Part shown: positions 51,018-64,000 of the stretch, in pieces
Numbering within the stretch: position 1 is the first letter of the stretch
Layout of the letters: each line of letters begins with the position of its first letter
Assembly (NCBI GenBank): GCA_964016885.1
Contig: OZ024740.1
Span: 102,238,001-102,302,000 of the forward strand
DNA: 64,000 bases
Direction: 5' to 3'
DNA from: Eledone cirrhosa
Lineage: Eukaryota
Program-made: the position numbers and the translations under genes
The notes under the pieces: generated by a model
The model's database searches: none
What the model saw: only the letters and a program-made list of their open reading frames with translations
What the model was told of the DNA's origin: nothing

Positions 51018-51100
51018 CCACAGCCATCCTTACGTCTCTTGACCACATCCATCCTTACGTCTCTTGACCACAACCATAGTTACACCTCTTAACCATATCT
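51018..51100. repeat. Short ~25-bp tandem repeat
   Basis: CATCCTTACGTCTCTTGACCACA twice plus a degenerate copy. Confidence 0.8.
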
Positions 51101-51349
51101 GTTAATACATGACCTATTATTTTAAAAAATCTTATTCTAAATATACTAGTAGAGATAACATGATAAATTAATAACAATAATTAACATGTCAGAATCAGTA
51201 GCGCAATTGATACAGTGTCATGTAAGTGTTAGTTACATTCAGTTATATTGTATCTTTAGATTCTACCACTAGTGTTGTCCTTACTTTGGAGGTCAATAGA
51301 ATAACTATTCGTCTCGTACTGGTCTCCTGTTGTTGCAGTTCTTCATGGT

Positions 51350-51735
51350 TTTGTTGTTGTTTTTCTTCTTCTCCACCCACTTATTTCTGAGAGGGCCGTG
51401 GGGGAAGAGTCTTCAAACACTCCTTCCAGTGGGTTCTCTCAGAAGCAACCATCTCCAACTAATCTGGTTGGATCCCCAAGCGAGACCAGCCAAGTTGGGG
51501 TCTGCTCCTGGGTCTCATGACAGTTGGTTTTTCCCATAAAATCTATCCAGCGATTCTTTCCTGAGGCATTCTAACCACATGCCCATTGTATCAGAGAAGT
51601 AGCAGCTCTACCTAGAATGACTCTCTGATCTCTGAGCTCAGCACTCTGTTGAGTAACGTTACTCCAAAGAGCTTTTGGAGGAACCCCATTCGGGCCACTT
51701 GTATTTGCGATCATATTCTTTCGGTCATTACCCAA
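51350..51735 (-). mobile_element. Degraded 3' fragment of another RTE family
   Basis: Minus strand WVMTERI*SQIQVA..GFLQ and terminal LFPTAL/LPPRP-like end. Confidence 0.65.
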
Positions 51736-52146
51736 TATTCAAGCTGGTCTCTTGCCTTAGAAAAATATATGCTGTTCATACTTGACCTTTTTCCTGGAAA
51801 AACCTCATCATCTTTATATCAACTTTTCCATGCTGGTATGGGTTGGATGGGACATTTTGAGGGAATACTTATCTTCCAGGTGCCCTTCCTGACACCAACC
51901 ATTTTTAGTAATGTTCCAGACATCCCCTAAATAATGATACAATTATTTATTTTACTGAATTCCTCTAAATACTTCATTATTTTCCAAATTATTTGAAAAT
52001 CATTGGTAGTAATAGACACACATATATGCTGGCTTGCATGTGTGAGCAAACTCTTGCATGCTTACACACAAATACAAACACACTCATGCACGTAAACACA
52101 AATACACAAAATTAGTCATGCCTATACATGAGCATGTTTATAAAAT

Positions 52147-52330
52147 AATTGTTTCTACTTTAGGCACAAGGCCAGCAATTACCCAGTACATTACTGGTAC
52201 TTTATTTTATCGACCCCGTAAGGATGAAAGGCAAAGTTAACCTCGGCTGGATTTGAACTCAGACTGTAAAGGGACGTAACTATGCTAGAAAGAATGGCGT
52301 CCGACCCTCTACTGATACTGCCAATCCACC
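52147..52330 (-). mobile_element. SINE family A
   Basis: Full-length homology to 6281-6465. Confidence 0.88.
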
Positions 52331-52346
52331 AATGAATGAGATTGAG

Positions 52347-52615
52347 ATCGAGATCATGTAGGTGTCACGAGAAAAAATACACAGTCCATGCTGTAATGTG
52401 GCCGTGTAGGTAACACGGTAAAAAGTTCCCAGTTCCACACTGTAAATGTGGTTGGTGTTAGGAAGGGCATCCAGCCATAGAAAACCTGCCGGATAGTCCT
52501 ATATGAGCGAGACATGGTCACCCGATCAACCTTGCCTCAAGTGGGACAACTCCCGTCTAACCCATGCTAGCATGGAAAATGGATGTTAAACGAAGATGAT
52601 GATGATGATGATGAT
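52347..52615 (+). mobile_element. RTE 3'UTR fragment
   Basis: Homology to 35063-35329; (GAT)n tail. Confidence 0.88.
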
Positions 52616-55600
52616 ACTATTGTATTTTCATGTGTTTTGTCAAATTTAATACAGCCAAAACAGCGCATAATGGGAAAATACTTAGAAAAGGAAGTTGCCC
52701 CTGAAATGGGAATACAAATGGAATAAAACAAGTTTTGCGTAACTCGGAGCACGGGTTCCTGAGTTTTCTGGGTACCTTCATAAATAGAGAGAAAGATAGA
52801 GAGATAGTGGTTGTGAGAGAGTAGATTGAAAATTTCATATTTTAAATTATGTACACGTCTGTATATATTTTGATGATTTAAAAATTATTTTTAAGTGAAC
52901 GTGACCCAACAGGTCACAGGTGGTTTAGTCTCACATAATATTGAATCTATGAGATATTGATATTATTTATTTTGAGAACAATACCTTAACATCAGTATGA
53001 GTGGCCAGTTACAGTCGGTTTGAACTGAAAGAGGTGAGAAAATTCTGGACAGATATATCCAGTTTAAATACTAAAAGGTTAAACATCTATCTTAGAATCC
53101 CATTGCTCTCATTATCTTCACCCACATCTTAGCACTATCTCCTCCAAAGTCTTTGAACTAATATGAGAGCCTTCATATGGTTGTTCAACCTGCAAGAAAT
53201 AGTAGCTAAATCTCTTTCAAATCATACACTCGATTTTAAAGAAAAAATACTGACATATTTGATAATGTAGAACTAGAAACATCATTTCTGAAAACAAAAG
53301 ATAGGATGGTCATAGTTGGAATGATTAAATAATTATATGTGTGCTTGATCAGAGTTCCTCTGTGGTTTAACAACAAGCCTTCTGGCTACACCTATTATTG
53401 ATTCTGTCATAACATTTCTTCATTCAACATCAGTCATCCATTAGTATTATATGTCTGTCCATACCTACACCACCAGCTTTACAATGATCAATAGCACTGA
53501 CACCCAAATGCTTCTTCTACTTGATTTTTCACCTTTCAAAAGTTAGTTCAATTCTAGTTAGATCACGTCTTCAAACTTCACAACACATCCTGAAAAAATC
53601 CCCCTCACTCTCTTATAAGTGTTCTATTACACAAAATACTAAAATATATATTAAAAAAAAGACTATTATATATGTTTCACTCTTTTTTTCTACAAGCATT
53701 GATTTCTTTAGTAAGCATCAGAATATGGAGGCAGGAAAATGAGATTGCGTGACATCATGATTTTGTCAATGATATATGCAATATAAGCGAAAGGAAAATT
53801 ATTTCAACAGGAAATTGAAACCAGGTCATGGATACAGCTTGCTAGACATTTGTCTGTATTTGTCTCTTTGTCTATAGAGACTGCATTAAGGTTTTTCTAG
53901 CATAGAACAAGACTACAAAGAGGACAGTTGATAACAACCTCAGTGCATGATAGGTACATATCCTATGCAGTGATTGCAATAATAATATACAGTAATTAAA
54001 CTACAATATGCATTAGGTTCAAATCATTCCATTTTCAGATCATAATCAAGATGTGTTATCTCCTTTTTATTCATATATCCAAACTCTGCTACATCAATAT
54101 CTCATAGGATATGAATTGATTTGTTTCAAAGAATTTTATCGAAATGTTTCCATCATAATTTTGGAAGATTCTGACTAAGGTGTTTAGTTTTGCCTTTTAT
54201 CTTTCTGGGGTTGATGATATATAGTACCAGTCAATTATTTGACTCAATTTAATTGACAATATATCTTCCTCCAAACTTTCTGTTGGGGCACTTTAAAAAG
54301 TGAAAAATCAGTGGCTCCAAATGAGTATTGACTTAGTCTGGGATGCCCCATCCAAACATCACTAGCAGGGAAAAACATGTTAAATGATGATGATAATCAT
54401 CATCACCACCACCATCATCATCATCAATTATTCTCTAAGTGTTGTGATTGTAGAAAAGGAAAGGAGCAGTCTCACAAAGATTGCAATACTACATAATTAT
54501 ATAAAGCATAAACATATGTATTTCTTTATTACTCTCATAGTGTAGACCTTGTCAGGTCTAAGTGGTGGGATAATTATTCAAAGTAATATAAACAACAGTT
54601 TATGTGTTAATATACAAACGATTGCAAGTACAGATTTGAAACAGAAAGCAATACACAACAGGTTTTAAAATGTCAACATCGATAAGAGCAAAGTATTATA
54701 CGTGGCTATGAATACAAGTCCCTTCTGAATGTCACACGAGGTGAGAGTGGAAAATTTTGTTATGATAAAATTGAGAGAGAATAGATATATTTTTTTAGAA
54801 TAACTAGCAGAAATGAGTTACTGCATCAGGGATTCTTGCAGCTGAGAATGTATCTCATGAGACAGGCTGACTGTAGAGTTCAGTTTGAAGTTGGCTTAGT
54901 CTGTGCAGAGAAGCAAGCATGTAGTTTGTGTTACCTGCTAATAAAACTCTACATGGTTTGTAGCTAGTAAATCAGTTAGTTTTTTATGTATCATGGTCGA
55001 ATATGTGTAATATCTATACTAACAACATGACTGTCAGCATGTTTGTAGGAGTAGTCTGTAGAGAGTAGAATAGACAAGCTTCATAGCTCTGATTAAGCTG
55101 TAGTCATACTTACATATCAAGGGCTAGGTATGTAAGAGTTATGCAGCTCAGGACAAACTGTTATATCATGACCAGCTCTAGATTAACCATTAAGCAAAAT
55201 AAGCGCGTGCTTAGGGCATTTGTTTCCTTATACAGTATATACTATATCTTTTCAGTGCATAGAGCCTTTCAAGGTCTTAATCTAATTTTGGTCAGCAAGT
55301 AAGCTACAGTGCTGATGCCCGATGACTGTCATGTAATATTTTCTATTGTAAAGAAACCTCTTAATTAGTTGGTCTATAGAGAAAAATAAAGTTGCAGTAG
55401 TAAATGTTGGTGAAGTTATAATGCCCTATAAATTGAGGGGCATAATTTTGTCTACATAGTTGTGTAACTCAAAACAAGTTGTGCTCAAGCTGTTTATAAA
55501 ACTGCCATAATGAAATGTTGGTGAAAACCCAAATGAACAGTGAGAGCCATCAAGGAGCTCTGTGTAACAAGCCCCAACCACATTCAATGAGAGTAAATAG

Positions 55601-56574
55601 CTCTGAAAGGCAAGAACACATTCTTGATTTTATAATGGTATATACTTGGAATAGTCCATTGTTTGGGTTAGTTCATTTCTTGTGTAATTTTGACTTCCAG
55701 TAGAGTAGTAATAAGGAATGCTCTATCCAAAACATTGATAGTTCAAATTCATGCAATCGGATTACTATGAGTAAACTATTTTCATTCAAAAGCAGGTAGC
55801 AATTTTAGTGGCATACCTTTTTTCAAAAAGAATGTAGGCAGTGCATTTCGCCATCATAATACTAGCAGATTGGCTGATATAGTACTGCTGCTGATGATGA
55901 TGATTCTGTTAATGAATAGACATGTTGTTCATTGATTCTCAATTGAATAAATTGCAGACCAAATTTATAGTTATGAGTTCATATTTTGGTACTGGTAACC
56001 ATTAGAGAAAAACTGCTTCTGAGGTGGGGGAGGATTAAAATCTATAATCAACAAACAAGTGTGGTATTTTTAATAAGAGCAGTTGAATAACAAATTTTGA
56101 CAATATAGATAATGCAGATTGGAGCAGATGTGGTTTTTACTGCCAGCAAGTGAACACAATAATCATTCAGTAATTGAATCACTTCATAAGTATCTACTAC
56201 AAACCAACGAGGAAGCTTCTATGTAGTAATCTGTCATTTTAGAAATAGCAACTAAATTTCGCTTATATTTCACCTTACCATCATGAAATGGGAGGCGTAT
56301 TGGACAATGTTATTTTAGATATGCAGCTTCTCGAAGGATTGGATGGCCATGGCTGGGACAAACGTATGTTGCCTATTAAGCTCATGAGGGTAATGGCATG
56401 AGTTTGATTCCCAGACTGGATGGTGCATTGTGCTCTTGAGCAAAACACATAATTCACTTTGCTCCAGTCAATTCATCTGAGAATAAATACCAGCAGCAAC
56501 TAGAAGTTAAGGTTCTGATGGATTGGCATCCTGTTCAGAGGGGAGTCTTTATATATATATATTTTTTTTTAAGT

Positions 56575-56870
56575 CCCAAACAAAGCATGAAGCCACTTAG
56601 TGTAAGGGACTACAAAGAAGGAGAAATTATGTTGAAAGGAATGAATTTACTTTAGACTTGAAAGACTTCAGGTCATTAGAAGGAGAAAAATAATGAGATG
56701 GAAGAGAGTTCCAAAGTGTAGCAGTTCAAGGAAAAAATTCTATGATTGTAGAAAGACTTCCTTATCTGTGGAACCACAACAGTATCTGGATGAAGATGCT
56801 ATGAGTTTCAAGTTAGGTGAGCAGGCACAAATTGATCTAGAACCAAAAGAGAAAGTTCATTAGAGCTCTT
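56575..56870 (-). mobile_element. CR1/L2-group LINE 3' fragment
   Basis: Minus strand FFP*TATLWNSLPSH..DLKSFKSKVNSFL, typical CR1/L2-group C-terminus. Confidence 0.65.
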
Positions 56871-57609
56871 CTCAAGTCTTGTAATCTCAATTGCTTAATG
56901 CTAATGAAACCAGAATATTCTCTGAGCTAATGAGCTTCTAGGCTCAAAAGAGATTTTAACTTTAACATCTCATGTCAGAGTAGAACCTACAACTAAATAA
57001 CAACAATAATAACAGCCTGTCTACTATGTTTAATATTCAGTAACAGTTTTGTAAGATTCGATCAATAAAATACTCATTAAAATTTTGCAAATTTAATAAT
57101 ACTGAGGTGAACCTCCTATAATGGAATAAGGAAATATGGGCAAATATGTCATTAAATGTCATGAATAACTTGATTATCAATTCTAATGTCATAATTTAAT
57201 GAGAAACTTTCTAGACAGTTAATCAAACTGTTTAAATTAGTATTTAAATCTTCAAAGAACTTCTCTGCCGTATTTGAAATAAGGTACCATATGTTTTAAG
57301 TCCTTAATCTCAGTATTTTGTATAATAAATTCTGTATGGCTTTGACATAGATAATAATCAGATGTTTTGATTGGCTTCATCTCTAGCAGATAAGTGTTGG
57401 TCTTCAATAGCAAAGAGGTGAGGTGTTGGCAGTAACTCAATAATTCTGATATCATCATTTACTATTTTCACTTTGGTCATGTTCTTTTTCCTTTACATGA
57501 TGTTAACCCCACATTGGGTTGTTTTGTCCTTGTACTGTTGCTATTGTCTTGGGCTCTAGTGGCTAATAAAAGAAATCATTATTATTATTATTATTATTAG
57601 TGATAGGTC

Positions 57610-57790
57610 GGTGGATTGGCAGTATCGGTAGAGGGTCGGACATAGAGTTACGGCCCTTCCCATTCTGAGTTCAAATCCCGCCGAGGTTAACTTTGCCTTT
57701 CATCCTTACGGGGTCAATAAAATAAAGTACCAGTAATACACTGGGTAATTGCTGGCCTTGTACCAAAAGCAGAAACAATTATTATTATTA
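57610..57790 (+). mobile_element. SINE family A with (ATT)n tail
   Basis: A box TGGCAGTATCGG, B box GAGTTCAAATCC; (ATT)n on both flanks. Confidence 0.9.
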
Positions 57791-57794
57791 GTCA

Positions 57795-58900
57795 TATTTT
57801 GATTCTGCTTCATCACTGCATTAGTGAGCATAAGTCTGTGCACCTTGGGTATGCACAGTGTTTGTTTTTGGAGGTGTTATTTATTGTATTGAGAGTTCTC
57901 TTTATAATGTTTACAGTGCCAAGTAGTGCTATTTTTGGTGAGTCCTGGGGTTTTATTATACCCAGAGCACCTATAATTATAGGTATTATCAAGGATCACT
58001 TGGTTATTGATCAGACAGTTTTGAGGCATTTTAAGAAATATCACAAACATGTCTGTGGCCTGGATTGGTTTTAAGAAGGCATATGATATGGTGCGCCATT
58101 CTTGGATTGGTGAATGCCTGCAGATATTTGGTATTGCTGACAACATCACAAGGATTCTGCTGAAGAGTATGCCAAAGTGGAAAACCAAGTCATCTTCAGG
58201 CAATGTCTTTCTGGGAGAAGTAGCAATTAAAAGAGGTATCTTCCAAGGGGACTCATTCTCACTGTTACTATTTGTTACAGCACGGATACCTATAACACTC
58301 ACACTCAGAAAAATAAAATGGGAAACTCTGTTTAATCTTTGTCAGTCGCATTTGCTCCTCTACAAGCAGTGCAACAATTCAGATAAGGTTCCTTGTTTGT
58401 GCTATGTCTTTTTTGCGTTATATCTTTTTTGTAATTTCAATTATCATTCTCCTATTTACCTTTCTCATATTCATTGGAATCACCAATCTCATTCTAAGCC
58501 ATACCAGGGTTCAATGAATAATATTCCTCTTCAGCATCCTTAACATTCCCATCACAATTTCCCTGCTCCTGATGCCCATTTTTCTCTCTACATTCAGCTG
58601 AGCTTCTGCTTCTGCTCTAACCTCCCTTTGTTGTTCATCTACAGGATCCTTTAAACATTGACTAATCGGAGATATTTCTACCTCAGTTAACCAGCTCTTC
58701 CTCCTAATCTCCCTCACTTGATACCTTAGTTTACTTTCAAACATTTCAAACCTGCTCTTTTCCATCCAAAAGTCCACAGTGTGTCATCCTACTGCACAAC
58801 TTCCTTCCAGTTTTGCTCTTTTATGACATTCAATCAGTGTAGTGTTGCATATTATTCCTTCATCCATTTGTGTCTAGATGCATGCACATTCTGTGTAAGA
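57795..58900. mobile_element. Scrambled R4/Dong-like (RLE-type) LINE
   Basis: C-terminus IIPIIIGALG..KIALLGTVNIIKRTL on - (57795-57990); RT WIGFKKAYDMVRHSWI..IKRGIFQGDSFS on + (57995-58320); N-terminus RHKWMKE..ESKLRYQVREIRRKSWLT on - (58330-58900). Confidence 0.75.
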
Positions 58901-61900
58901 TCTGTTGCTTTGTAATGACTGCCTGAATCCAGTTACTTTCCCTGTTGCTGGGGCTCTAAACATACTGGGCAAGGAACCTCCACCATGATTGGTTCTAGCT
59001 TCATTCATGCTGTTAACTATTTCATTATTGTTTTGCATCATGATTACATGAGAGTGATTTGTGGAGCCTTTATTATTATTATTTCAGCTTCACAGGCTAA
59101 CTTAGTTATAATCATTCTTCTAGGTATACACTGGAACCAATGCAATGAACTGTACCTTTCCACCTCATAAATTTATGTATATGTGCCACTGCAAGGAATC
59201 ATTATTTAAAACTGCTTGTATGAATAGTTGCAAGTTGTTCCTTTTAATAGCAATCCTTATGGTTCTATGATACAAAACCTCTCAATCTAAAAACAATGTT
59301 GTTTTACTAAATCTCTACAAATTCACGATTATTTCCAAAACTAAATGAACACATACATCATGTATTTCATAAAAAGCAGTAATGAAAGGGTTAAAGTTAC
59401 TTATTATTGTTAGTCTTTTCCTACTGTTGTTGTTGTGTAGCTCTGATTGAGCACATAGATAGTCACTCAATGTATTTTACTGTTGTTATGTAGGCCTAAA
59501 TGAGCTTTGATTGGGCAAATGTATGACAGACAGCCAGTCAGTCAATATATTTTACAATTGTTGTTGTTGATGTTATGCAGGGCTAAATCAACTCTGAATT
59601 AGCAGCCATATGACTTGCATTAGTTACAGGGGAATTGGGCCACTGAGAATGAGGTTCTTGTCGCTGTTGGTAGCTTGCCTTACCAACATATTAGATGATG
59701 TCCATGAAGATCCTTAATTATTTCTGTGGCTTAACCTTGTTATCATCCACAGTAATACTAGTTAACTGGCCTAAAAAATTATAAGAGGGAAAACCCAGTG
59801 CCCCTTGTTGTAGCATGTGATTGAGCATGCATATCATTCCCACTTTTATTTTCTCCATTTCATATACAAATTGTCTTTATTTGTATGAATAAAGAAGTTA
59901 CTTAATAACATACTTTCAGTTATTCTAAGTTTGTTACTCTTTATATGTGAAAGTCTTTGCTTTCTTATTGTTTATTTACTCTTTATATTCTATTTTCTCT
60001 TACTCTATACCGTATGTTTGTTCTTCTACCATATTGTCACTTCTCACAATGTTAAAGATTGAATAAAAGCTCTTACTATTGCAATCTATCAAGACATCTA
60101 CGAGTTAACACTCTATCTCTCCCTGACACTCATTTATCTTCTAATATCTACAAGTCTTTATTTGATATTTTGTATAAATTTACTTTGCAATGACATGGTT
60201 CTATGTTCAGTCCTATTGCACAACATCTTGGGCAAGTTTCTTCTACCATAGCCTAAACATTGCAAATTGGATAGACTGTACCTGTTTGTGAGAATTGGAA
60301 TTAATCTAACATCAATCTTTAGTGAAATTCATTCAAAACAGGTAATTTCATATCTGAGAATGGAAAACTCAATATTTTCATGTGCTGCTTCCTATAGCAA
60401 TCGATGAGTCATGTTTTTTTTTAACTTTTGTTTCCTCACCACCTAACACCACCACTAATCTCAGAGGCCCTTCCTTCTATGGCTAGGCTATAAAACTATT
60501 TGTTTGTCATTATTTGTCTGATAAATTCCATTGTCAGATTAACTTTTTTTTTAATATCTATAATTTTCTATCATTTATCTGTTAATGTTTGCTCTTTATC
60601 TGTCTGTTAATATCCAATATCATTTATCTGATAACACTTGACCATTACTTTCATCCTGTTAGGGTTGGACAGTAATATATCTGAGCATTAACACACACTT
60701 CATCATAACTATCGACTTGTAATACTTTTGATTGAGGTAAACATTGATTTCTGAATGATGAAACCAAATACTATAAATAATTAGACATTAAATCAAAGGA
60801 TGCAGAAAATAATTATATACAGTAAATATGAATGGTTGATAAATAGATTTTTCGCAAATTTTAGTTTAAAATGTGAATTTTCGTTTTTGCTGCACAGTTT
60901 GTCAGCCAGGCGTTGTTGCTGTTGTTGTTTAGCTCCAGGTTATCTCTCATTAAGCAGACCTATGATCAAAGGCATTTTAGCTGTGACCATTTTTTTAATT
61001 TTTTTTATTTCAGGTAAAGTTGTATCTAGGTTTACATTATTCAATAATTAATGTGTTATTCATTTTTTAAAACAGTAGGGTATCATTTGAGAGTGATTCA
61101 TTTAAACTGGTAACCAATTGTTAGATGTAAAATCATATGATGTTATGATCTGCTATTTGTTTACATTAAAAGTACATGTTATTGCTATTTCATAATAAAT
61201 TATATCTAATGATACAATTTATTGCATAAAATTTCAATCAAAAGCAGAGGATTTGAAGAATTGTTAGTGTTAGATGAGATGGCTTGCAGTAGTTTTCAGG
61301 GCCTCTGAGAATGATTGGATAGAGGGGGAAAGTCATCCCTAAACTGGAGACATGGCATAAATGCTTACAACAGTGTGGACTCTGCTAAAGGTTCCCAAAG
61401 AACAGATAGTGGTGTAAAATTCTAGTGCATTACTTAAGAACTCAGAATGAAAAAAAAAAAAAAAATACTGCAAGGCATCATATCCAATACCCTAAACTGG
61501 TACTTTATTTTATCGACCCAGAAAGGATAAAAAACCAAGCTGAACTCAGAACAGAAAAAAAATTGAACAAATACTTCAAGGCATTTTTTTCTTTTGCATA
61601 CTCTTACAACTACTAATTTGTCGCCTTCTTGACTGTATGTTTACACAATCAAGACTGACTTGTAACTAAACAATAACATCTAAAATGTTGTCATATCATT
61701 CTCAAGCTGCAAATCAACAAAACCTACCAAGAAACTGAAATTCAACCTACAACAGTCATGCCATGTGATGTATTTACATAACTATTTCCTTTAACTCTTA
61801 ACATCCTGTATCACATCAAACTGCAGTAGCAAAATACTCTTGAAAGGTATAAAACAGCATCACATTAAAAATTAAAGTTTTTAGTCTGATACTGGAAATT

Positions 61901-63061
61901 TCCACAACAATATGTCCACTGGTAAAGACACTATAAACATTTGAATTAACAAACCTATATACTTAGATATTTACTGTGAAATCATGACAGGATTTTACTA
62001 GTTAAGGATGCACAAATATTACATATTCTTATTTTTCGAAACCCCATCCCAACATATTTGGTCAACTTAGTCAAATTAGTAACCAAATCTCCCTCAAATT
62101 TCACCCTATTCTTTTTTTAAATAAAAAAGGATAAATTAGACAATGAAATTCCTGCTATGAAATATAACAAATGGGAGGAAGGGCAGTGTCCATAACCCAT
62201 CTCTCAATGCTTCCAGTTATGTTCCAAATGCATAGAATAATGTAGATTCTGTTAGTAGCACCCTTGAACTAGGTGGTGTTGTTAATCTAGGCACTGGTTT
62301 ATACCTTGCCCAAACCGTATCTGCTTAAATTAGGATTGATCAAGTACTAAATGACAAAAACCAACTAAATCACTTTCCTTTTTCCACACTGTAATGATGT
62401 ATTTTGGTCACTTGTTGTTGTGTGTTTCAACTGGACTCTTAAGTCCTGAGAGACAACTTCTCTATTGCTGGTGCCATGATAAAATATACCCAGTCCCAAG
62501 GGCCTTGTTTCAGTGGGGTACCCACTTTTTCAAACATCTATATTTTATTTTTTGCTTATTTGATATAATAAATTCTTTTTAAGCTTATTTTTTTTATATC
62601 TGAACATCATTTGAATATGTAAAATTTAATTAGCATAAAATTTTACTTATGTGATAGGGTCCGGGAAAGGCACTATAAGCAATTTATGCTCCTTTAAGAA
62701 TCAGCAAATGTTGGTTTGTCCCCCTCACATTTTAAAGGCAAACGAGGCCCCTGCCCAGTCCACACTTTAAAGTGGTTGGTGACAGGAAGGTCATTCAGCT
62801 AAGAAGATTATCCAGCTGCAAAAAAAAAAAACACTACAACATAAAGAATTCCTCACATTATATGTATACTGAAACCATTGAAAAAAAGAAATGAAACTTA
62901 TAGGTCCCACCAATACAGGTTTAGCTGGTCTTCTATGTGGTAGCATCTCACAAGATTCTCAAGTGTTTTAATGGTTGAGTCCCCAGTCCCACCATGAAAA
63001 GAAACATGAAATACTTAAACCTATGACCTTATGATCATGAGTCCAACACTTTAACTAAGGA

Positions 63062-63421
63062 AGGGGTTCTCAGCCATTTTTGCATCATTGCTCACTTTCA
63101 CATGAAAATGAAAATATTTTCCACTGCCCACCTGTATGGTAAATATTCAAAAGCATGCCAAAAATATTTGATAAAGGTTTGTTACTGGTTTGTTATTCCC
63201 ATTTAGTTTCCTTTTTTTTTTATATATACAGGTTCTTTGCATATCTCCTTTGAATATTTTTTTCAGGTAGCATATGCTGAAATACCTTCTTAGTACTCAA
63301 AATCCCATATCATCCATCGATATTTTTAATCACCCACCATTTTCTGTTCAGTTGTTCATCGCCCACCCAGCAGTTGAAATCACCTGCCAGTAGCAATATT
63401 GCCCAGGTTTGGAAACCACTA
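63062..63421. mobile_element. Degenerate hAT-like MITE
   Basis: Imperfect TIRs AGGGGTTCTCAGCC / GGTTTGGAAACCACTA. Confidence 0.35.
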
Positions 63422-63544
63422 GGTCACAAGCTTTCACACTATAACCATGTGTACCATGTCTCTCTCTCTCTTTCAGAGATTTCACTGACAACTCACATCA
63501 TCCCTATCATTCCACTCACACATATTTCCATAACACCTCACTCT

Positions 63545-63673
63545 TCACACAAACACATATATATATATACACACACATTCAGCTACTCACACACACACTT
63601 AAAAACATATACATACACACACATACATGCGTACATACATACATACATATACACACACACATACACACACCCT

Positions 63674-63710
<37 letters not shown>

Positions 63711-63855
63711 ACATACATACATACATACATACATACATACATACATACATACATACATACATACATACATACATACATACATACACACCCATAAATATAC
63801 ATACAGAAACATATCCATATACATACAAACACGCACACACACATATACACACATG
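63545..63855. repeat. (CA)n/(CATA)n compound microsatellite
   Basis: Direct observation. Confidence 0.95.
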
Positions 63856-64000
63856 AACAGCTTCTGCTATCTCTAATTCCTTGACTATTTCTTCACTTCA
63901 CACTGGAATCTGTATCGTTTCTTACATATCTTCTCCCATTCCACTTGTAGCCTTTGCAGGGTCTTTAGCCTATTTCCCTATTCAGCTACTCATATTTCAC

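Noticed and set aside
54541-55234. Possible solo LTR (TGT...ACA)
   Set aside because: No TSD, no second copy and no internal domains visible.
57610-57690. tRNA gene
   Set aside because: A/B boxes belong to a multicopy SINE; no cloverleaf.

Overview
AT-rich, repeat-dominated eukaryotic intronic or intergenic DNA. The repeat repertoire is consistent with an Octopus-like cephalopod genome (inference). No host protein-coding exon could be supported. The window contains many RTE-clade LINE copies with (GAT)n tails, whose RT carries an inserted C4HC3 PHD-type zinc finger. It also holds two Penelope-like elements (RT + GIY-YIG), a Helitron 3' end fused to an RTE endonuclease fragment, a scrambled R4/Dong-like LINE, CR1/L2-like remnants, tRNA-derived SINEs, piggyBac- and hAT-like MITEs and long (TA)n arrays that host most insertions. 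The most interesting signal is RNA-structural. Two sequence-divergent segments (5859-5966 + and 28863-28966 -) contain all hammerhead-ribozyme core elements in a NON-circularly permuted, pseudoknotted order, with covarying helices and a multi-helix junction in place of stem II. There are also two minimal type I hammerheads (46093-46155 +, intact core; 3783-3820 -, G12 mutated) and an unassigned conserved structured motif at the 5' end of RTE-like fragments (4712-4847, 37024-37157). All folds were derived by eye and need computational and experimental testing.
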